In this document: positions 56,314 to 64,000 of the stretch, piece by piece | Position numbering within the stretch: the stretch's first letter is position 1 | Layout: the number at the start of each line of letters is the position of its first letter | Assembly (NCBI GenBank): GCA_040954595.2 | Contig: CM082578.2 | Span: 17,812,728-17,876,727 of the forward strand | Reading direction: 5' to 3' | From: Balanoglossus misakiensis | Lineage: Eukaryota; Animalia; Hemichordata | DNA length: 64,000 nucleotides | The notes under the pieces: generated by a model | The model's database searches: none | The model's input: the letters and a program-made list of their open reading frames with translations, nothing else | What the model was told of the DNA's origin: nothing | Position numbers and translations under genes: made by a program

Positions 56314-59300
56314 ATTATATATCCATATATTGTAAATATCCAACATGCCCACTGGACCCTACTACAGCTCGCCGATATCGAGATGAATGCAAAATAGTGT
56401 GTTTTCTTTGAGCCGCAGCTCAGACCACCTGAGACATTTGCACGACTTCTCCCGTGCCATCGCAATCGTCACTGCCAGAAAATAAAGAGAGAAAGCGGGG
56501 AAAAACACAAACATTGTCAGCAATGATGTTTTTTTTTATATTTAAAGATAGCGAGTCGTTGACAAATTATAGACAAAATACCAGAATCTGTTTTTCTTTT
56601 TCTGTTAAAGTTTGTTTTGTTTGTAATAATGTTTTGTCATCCTTGGTGCTCTTAAAGTTCTTAAAATATAAGACTTTTTTTTAATGCTCTTGAAACATAT
56701 CCATGACATGTGCTTCAGGCATGGTTTTACATAACGACAATGTGTATGTAAATTGTTGTGACTCATGCTGTAATTATTGTTTCTCTGTGTAAATTTTCAT
56801 CCCAGTTTGTCTTACTGTATTGTACATATTAGCATGGTGGAGAGCTGGATGTTGACATGTAAACAATTGACACGCCCTTGTTTTCAATGGTGGACTCGGA
56901 CTGCTTTTCAAACCCAGGCCAACTTTTATCCCAAACAGAACAACCAACAACAACATCTGTACCTGTAATCTCTTTCTTGCCTGACAAAAGTCAATCATGG
57001 AATCAAAAACACTTTCCTGGTGTTTATAATTGAAATATAAGTGGTTTAACAAATTCAGGGCATTTTTACACAAATTGGAGAAACAGAATTTACAGTGAAA
57101 GCTGAACTGAACTTTCCAGACCTCGATCTCCAAACAGGACAAATCTGATAATTTGCAAAGGAATGCCATCTCTGTGAAACACATTCGATCGTGAGCCTTC
57201 ACTCTTGGAAATTGGAAGAAAATTTGGACTCCATGTTGCTCTTTTATTGTTGTTGGACAAACCATGACAAAGCATATGCAGTGCGCAATACATGCTGCAA
57301 CAGAAGTCTTGCTTTCCTCCCCAAACTTTGACTCTATTGGCCCCACACTGCAGTTGTGCTGGGCATATAACCCCCCCCCTCCCCCTCTCTGATTATCAGA
57401 TAGATGTAGTGATCCTATACTTCCAGCATCCATACAACTTTTATTTTGCAAAATGTGAGTTTTCCTTTTTTACTAACTTTTTTGTATTTAAATTTTACCA
57501 TAGGAAATAAATTATTAAATTAAATAGCTATTGGATTTTCTGGATTTTTCTGAACACCTCCCACCTCTGTTTTATATTACAAGTATTAAACACCTGTGGA
57601 ATGTTTTATTTTCACTGGGCCATTTCCTCCATCGAAAGAAACATATCCCTTGTAGAAAATTGTTTCCCTATTTTTTTACTGTACATTATATAAATTTTGC
57701 GACTACATTGAAGGCACTGTTTTGAAAATGTGTATCAGTGCCTACCTATAAACACCATTTTTTTATGGTTTTGCATACTAATTCCTTCAACACGCACAGA
57801 CACAGAGACGGTTAATTCGTTGCCATTTTGGATAAAAATGAAACGTATGTGTTTGAGGTCAGTTTAATCTTCAGGTTTTTCAGTATAAAATTCAGAGTTT
57901 GGACCCTTCCTGATGCATAGATACAAATGCATGACTTAATCTCCACCAGGATTGATAACTGTGCTTATTAGTCTTGTCAGTTTGTTTTGTAATTAGCCAC
58001 CAAAGTTTACCGGCTGATAACGCCCTGTGTTTTGGAAAAACAGTGGACATACAAAGGTGAAACGCAGCCCCAGAGCCTTAAAACTGTAACAATGTGCATT
58101 TTCCAAGCAGAAAAGTCAATAAAAAATGAAGTCTGAAATCTTGTGTCAAATGCTAAATTCTACTGCAAATTGGCCCATAGATAGTGTGTGTACCCCTTGT
58201 TTTGGTCTGATATCACATCTGGCCAAGTGGTCCGCAGATAAGGATGGTGATTGTCAAACAACCAAGCAAGCTCCGAAAACAACTGTTCAGGCCGGCCGGC
58301 CGTGGCCAACTCCGTACACAGGTCAAAAGTCTTATAAAGCCAGCAGTCAGCTCATTTGCAGATTACGGAGCCAGCTAGCACACACATGTATCTACGCTGA
58401 AACTTCCGAGACCATTTACACACAAGTGTTATTAGATGATATACTAGTACCTTCGCCCTGCTTTCGGTTCTACAGTTATTTGTGTCAATTCATCTCGCCA
58501 TCAGTGCGTTAGCTGCACGTATTGGGAGATACTAGTACTAACGAGGAATACACTTGATGACATGTTTGTGACAGACAAAAATGAAGTCAGAAACTTCCGC
58601 CGAGGTCATAAATGCGAGTTAAAGGCATGTATCGGCCTGGGAAGTTCTTCAATTCTGACAGATTATGAAGTACTATAAATATACTACTACTACATGTTAT
58701 TTTGTGGCATTCATATACATATACGATATTGATCACTACTGGTTATGTATGATGCATAGTTTTGTCAGTATGCTGGTTTATTTGACTTGGGATTAGAGCA
58801 GTAGTTGACATGGGATTCAGTCTTCTCCACCTTAGTAATCTACCATGGTCAGCCAGGCACCATAAATCATTTTCTGCTCACTAATGAGAAATATCCAGTC
58901 AGTCAGTCGGGCAGACAGGCCAAAACACGACCTGGTGTGGAACAGTGTATACCCAGTAATGAAGCAACCCATTTCGGATGTGGTATTTACGATCTTGCCA
59001 CCAGCGCATTTGATGAAGTAAAAATCAACTTGTCATGATGCATGCAGTACCTGTGGACCAATTTTGGAAGAACTACATCCAGAGCTAGAGAACTAAGATT
59101 GTTGGCTCTGAAAATCAAAGACAAATGTCACAGGTGTGACCTCACACATGCAGTCCAATCTATATGTCCATCTGCATGGTCCCTGCCTAAATATGATCAA
59201 TGACAAAATGGTGCTAAAAACATTCATCATTATATTGATACAGGAATGGTGTGTTTACAGTCCAAGTCTTAAGAAGAGTGATTTGCAAAAAAAAGAAAAA

Positions 59301-60423
59301 AAAAGAACACCAGCTGTATCCTTGGAAATGGACCCATAAATTGAAAATCTGCAGGCTATGTTAATAACATGTTTTCCACAAAGTAGACCAAGAAACTAGA
59401 TTAGTTGACAATGGAATTACATACAGCTAATGTGCCTTTCAGAGGCTATCATCACTTGTTATAACTTTGACAGAGGTAAAACTTATGGAAGAACTTCATG
59501 GTTTGAAGAGTTTAAAAAGCTCTGGAATCGCCAAGGACAATTTCTTGGGGCAATAAAAATTGCTGACAAAATATCTTGAAGGATTCTTAGAGTACATACT
59601 CCACAAGAGAAACATTTTGTTATCAAGATACAGCACAACCAAATCCCACCATCTTGCTGGGAGTATCCTGTGCTATTCTTGTATCAGTCAGTTTAAAAAA
59701 GGAATTATTGCTGACAGATGTAAATCAAAATGGAGCACAGAAACAGTAATCTGAAACTTTGATATATTGCCACAGTAAAACTTCTCAGAATTAGGGGGAG
59801 GGGGGGGGGGGGTTACTCTTCTCAAAGTGTGTCTGTTCTGGTGTGATCTTTACCAAGGCCAATATGCATTCTAAGCCATGAACATCTCACATCCTCTCCT
59901 AAAGGGCATGTTTACAGTAAACACAGCCATGCTATCCGCACAAGTCCTCTCACACGTAGGCTCTGTACACCGTTCCACATGTTTCACACCATTGCAGATT
60001 TCTATTCTCACTGGATGATGTGTTACTTGCAATAGGTCTACAGTACACACAGTCCATGCCCGAGTGCTTGGCAATGTGTACACAGTATGTCTAGACACCT
60101 GATGGTTTCCACAAGTGTACAGAAACCCCAACCCTTCATCCATCAACACTTATTTTTTATGACATTGACCTAGACTTGCTAAGGCTCATAAAATCCAGAA
60201 AATTGGGCTCGTAAATAATTCCAGCACAAAAGCTGATAAGGCATGGCTGACAGTGACATAAAAATAGTAAATAAACATGGCCAAGGTCCTCCTGGCTGTC
60301 ATTCTGGTCAAGGGACACGAAGCGGCTGTTTCTGACCACCTCTGTCATGAAGTACAAAATACACAGACACACACAGGTAACTTGTTGTACTAAAGTAAAG
60401 CTTGTATGTATTGTGTCTCCTTG

Positions 60424-60608
60424 TCACTTTCCCTTCCTTGTCGTCTTAATGTAGGGTCTTCCATCTCTCTCTTCCACAGTAAGGCCCATGTCTTTCAGCA
60501 CCTGGCTGTCCACCACTCCACGTTGTTGCATGCCAGCAATGACAGCCTGGTTTTCAGCGTTGTTCTCACACAGGTTGTGAATGGCGAAGACAGCCCACTG
60601 ATTGATAA
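60424..60608 (-). CDS. ATXN10: Ataxin-10, last coding exon
   Basis: Hand translation: (F)INQWAVFAIHNLCENNAENQAVIAGMQQRGVVDSQVLKDMGLTVEERDGRPYIKTTRKGK*, matching the human C-terminus as recalled (FLTQWVIYAIRNLTEDNSQNQDLIAKMEEQG...). Not in the ORF track. Confidence 0.92.
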
Positions 60609-62396
60609 CTGGCTAATCCGTCAAGGAAACTCTAACAGACTTTATTAGGGCACAAGCCAAGCAGGCTTGTGCCCTATTGGTATTACTGGGGTTTTTCATC
60701 CTCTTCTTTTTCTTGTGTAGTTTTTTTGCCCAATAGGATCTTGAAAACGGCTGAACCTACAAATCTCAAACTTGGCACAGTGATGCAGGCCTATGAGAGC
60801 TGGTGCAGTACCCTCGTGAATGTTTAATAAGTCATGTGATCTGATGACCATATATGGGCAAAGTTTTCAAATGGGCCTAATTTGCATATGAATGGAGATA
60901 TCGAAATTCTTTTAGCAACTTTTGTGGACCATGTGATCAGTGTCCTACATGCCAAATGTCAATCCCGTGGGCCAAGTCTATTTTGAGAAGAAGATTATTA
61001 AATATTATTTGTCATATTTGTGGACCCAGCCATAGGCCTATACTTTCTATAGTTAAGCTATGACGCTATGTCCACGTCTGTGCAATTGTCCTGTACAGTG
61101 ACAGTCTAGTGGCCCGTGAGCTGAATGGGACCAAAATAAAAGACAAAATTTTGGGCTCACCTGTAACACCTGCTTAACTCATTAATTATGTGCATACCTA
61201 ATTCCGGGCTAACTATTAGGGCTAGAGGTTTTGTTCTTGTGGGACATGGACCAGTATGGGATCAAAAATTTTTGCCCAAATTTTGGGTGACCTCAGGTGA
61301 CCTTTGACCTACTTTCCTATATCTCGGCATCCACAGCAGGTACAGACTTGGCGTTTGGAGGGTTGTGACTAAAATTGAAAAGACAAAATTGGGGGTCACC
61401 TGTGACACCTGCTTATCTCATTAATTATGTGCATACCTAATTCCAGGCTAGCCAATAGGGCTAGAGGTTTGATTTTTGTTGAACATGGACCAGTATGGGG
61501 TTAAAATTTCTTGCCCAATTTTGGGTGACCTCAGGTGACCTTTGACCTACTTTACCGTATCTCGGCAACCCATGCAGATACAGCCTTGGCATTTGGAGGC
61601 ATGGAACTCCTAATGGAGCCTTATACTTTACGTCATTAATTATGTGCATATCTAATTCTAGGCGAACCAATAGGGCTAGAGGTCTGGTTTTTGTTGGACC
61701 TGGACTAGTATGGGGTCAAAACTTTTTGCCCAAATTTTGGGTGACCACATATGACCTTTGACCTTCGGCTTAAGCTTGTGCCCGTCATCGCTGCTTGCAG
61801 CTATATTTTTTCTTTTATACTCAGTGATGTCTGCGACAAATTTTGGGCAGAGCAACAAAACACCTGTGAAATACATGTATATCCATTCACCATGATCTGA
61901 CACTAACCAGGCTTAAAATTTCACACTCACCCGTTTATGGTGGACTTTTTTTACAACTTTAATGTTGGCTGTGCAATTAATCGGGCCTCCTTTCAAGTTT
62001 AATGCAAGTGCACTTCTGACAAAAGTCTAACAGTTGAACACCATCACTACGCAGCAACTATCGCTGGATGCGATCAAAAGAGGGCCATTAGAAACAGACT
62101 TTTGTGATGTTATTGTGTTTATGAGTGTGAGTTTGGAACAAAAAAACGGTCGAAAGGAGAAAGGGAGTGGACAAAGCAGTATAGTCAGTGAAGAGTATGA
62201 AGATGTTTACATGCAGAGGAAGAGTATGCAGCAGGTATGTGTCAGTGTCACTGGTTTTTACGAGCAGCTGGCAAACAGTGGAGTCTAACACACACTTACA
62301 AGTTACAGGCAAACTGTTCTACACTGCCTTCAGTCACTAAAACCACCACCACATCTAACAAGTTGCACCCGGTTGTTTTGCGATCAAAGAGGATAC
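60609..62396 (-). other. U12-type (minor spliceosome) GT-AG intron of Atxn10, 1788 nt
   Basis: Donor GTATCCTCTTT; branch site TTTCCTTGAC (60629-60620) with the A 13 nt from the intron end; no polypyrimidine tract; phase 1 rebuilds the NP-F codon. Confidence 0.9.
60641..61810 (+). mobile_element. Non-autonomous Helentron/HINE (DINE-1/pearl-like) element with internal tandem repeats
   Basis: 5' hairpin tagggcacaagcc-aagca-ggcttgtgcccta (60646-60676); subterminal IR gcttgtgccc (61774-61783); 3' hairpin gctgc-tt-gcagc (61790-61801); T-rich flanks; internal ~215-240 bp repeats (gggctagagg at 61219, 61458, 61673). Confidence 0.75.
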
Positions 62397-62460
62397 AAGG
62401 GTTATGCTCATCCACACTGCAATGCTCCAACAGTAGACCAATGCCTTCCAACTGCCGCAC
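62397..62460 (-). CDS. ATXN10: Ataxin-10, penultimate coding exon (64 nt)
   Basis: tttcag|VRQLEGIGLLLEHCSVDEHNP + T, comparable to human VNELDGIPLILDNCNISDSNPF. Earlier exons were not found in the window. Confidence 0.9.
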
Positions 62461-64000
62461 CTGAAATTCAGGAGACCATGTACACTTCTTTAATAAGGGA
62501 GAAGGAAAACAATGAGATAAGGGTGTAGCAGAGGGAAAAGAACACAGCCTGGAGTGCCGGCATGATCACTGCAGGCAATTTCACCAAACGATGTTTTCAT
62601 TTTGTCAGGTGGCAGAAAGGAGGACTGTAGAGACTTTGATCCCAAGTGCTCTCTCTTTTTTTTAAAATGATAGCCAGCAGCCAGTGACTGTGGGAAAAGT
62701 TCCATCCAAAAATGTTGCTTGGAAGAGCAGTGGAGGAGTCACTCTTCCAATGTGGGGGTTTTGTTGACTTTGTATTTTGATAAGGGATTTAGCAGGTGTG
62801 AGATGGCCCATTCTGTTTGGTGTCAGCCAGGACAAAAACATCCTACCCAAAGTCATGTCAGTGGCTGTCTAAAGGAAGGCATTGAAAAACTGACACAGAT
62901 TATCTTATCTCTCAGCAATGAATACAAGTAAATGGTGTCACTCTAGTTACACTAAACACACTCATCTTTTTAAATAAAGGTGGATAGCCAGACTGACAGA
63001 CAGACAGACAAGACAGGTAGATACAAACAAACTGACTGACTGACAGGCATGTCTGGACAAGCAAGAATTTAACTGTTCATGAGCTGTGGGTGCAAAGTTT
63101 CAAATCATTATTTCCGGACGAAAAATCAAGGATATTTATCACCTAAGTAAATCATTGAAGGGGTGCCAGACATCTCTATCGTCATTCAACTTCAATTTAG
63201 GAATTAATAAATCACCTGTATACTCAGTATGCTGACAAAATGTATGCCTCTGCTGGCTACCCCGAGTGGGAGGGCAGAAACTGTCAAATTTTTGTAACAC
63301 CTTGTTTATCAAATGTGGACACTAAATATAGATTCCCAACTTACAATCACGACAGGGAAAGATCTGAGCTTGAACCAGAGAACAAGAGAGACAGCCCTGG
63401 CTCTCGTGAATTTACTCTAAGATGGGACCACACACAATTCAAAGTACCAGTATAGGTCTCTTGAATATGAAGAGGGATTATCATTTCCAGCCCAGCCTCT
63501 CAAACAGAGTTTAGGTCCCAACAAAGGTAAAAAGGCAGAGCTTATTCTGGTCGTGACAAATTGACAACCTTTGATGTGGCGTAGGATGAAATAAAAACCA
63601 AAGACAGAGTTGTGTTCTTGTCAAACAATCATTTGTCCAGGCTACGTATACAATCATGACTGTCAGGTTCTGTTTGTGTGGCCACCTACACACTGTCTTC
63701 AGGTTCAGTGAATCCATACAGTCAAGTCTAATACACACATACCAACATACATACATAAATGTTGAACGTCTTGTCACTTGGAACTTTTATATTTTTTGGC
63801 AACTTTACAAGTTGATCCAGTCGACGTTTCTGTTTTGTCTCCACTGTCGGCTGGAATTTGAAAGAGCTCATCCAGCTGTAAGATTTGTAATGGGATTATT
63901 TTAGCGTGATGACTTTTTCTAAAGTTTTGATTAAATGGGAATGCAGGGGCAATCCTCTCAACAGAGGGAGGATTACACACTGGCCGTTTAGCTTGTTATT

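Noticed and set aside
56774-57451. 225-aa antisense ORF in the Wnt7 3' region
   Set aside because: No recognisable domain or splice context; probably a chance ORF in UTR.
60406-60648. 80-aa plus-strand ORF
   Set aside because: Antisense shadow of the Atxn10 last exon.
62461-64000. Further Atxn10 exons
   Set aside because: No LIGNLC-like motif found; the next exon probably lies beyond the window.

Overview
Eukaryotic genomic DNA, about 40% GC by eye, with spliceosomal introns; the proteins suggest an invertebrate deuterostome (inference). The window opens with about 60 near-identical copies of an 87-bp satellite (1-5.2 kb). Next comes a repeat-rich region (5.5-9.4 kb) that appears to encode a spliced, apparently non-coding minus-strand transcript with a triplicated exon. 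The rest is the gene block Fbxl14(-), Wnt5(+), Wnt7(+), Atxn10(-, last two coding exons only, not in the ORF track). Main observations: Wnt7 has two in-frame alternative first exons with signal peptides, each behind its own promoter; Atxn10 has a U12 (minor) intron carrying a Helentron/HINE-like element; three 20-29 bp palindromes with 7-bp target-site duplications resemble P-element-type footprints; and the satellite contains a 12-mer higher-order duplication. Homology calls come from recalled protein sequences; no searches were run.
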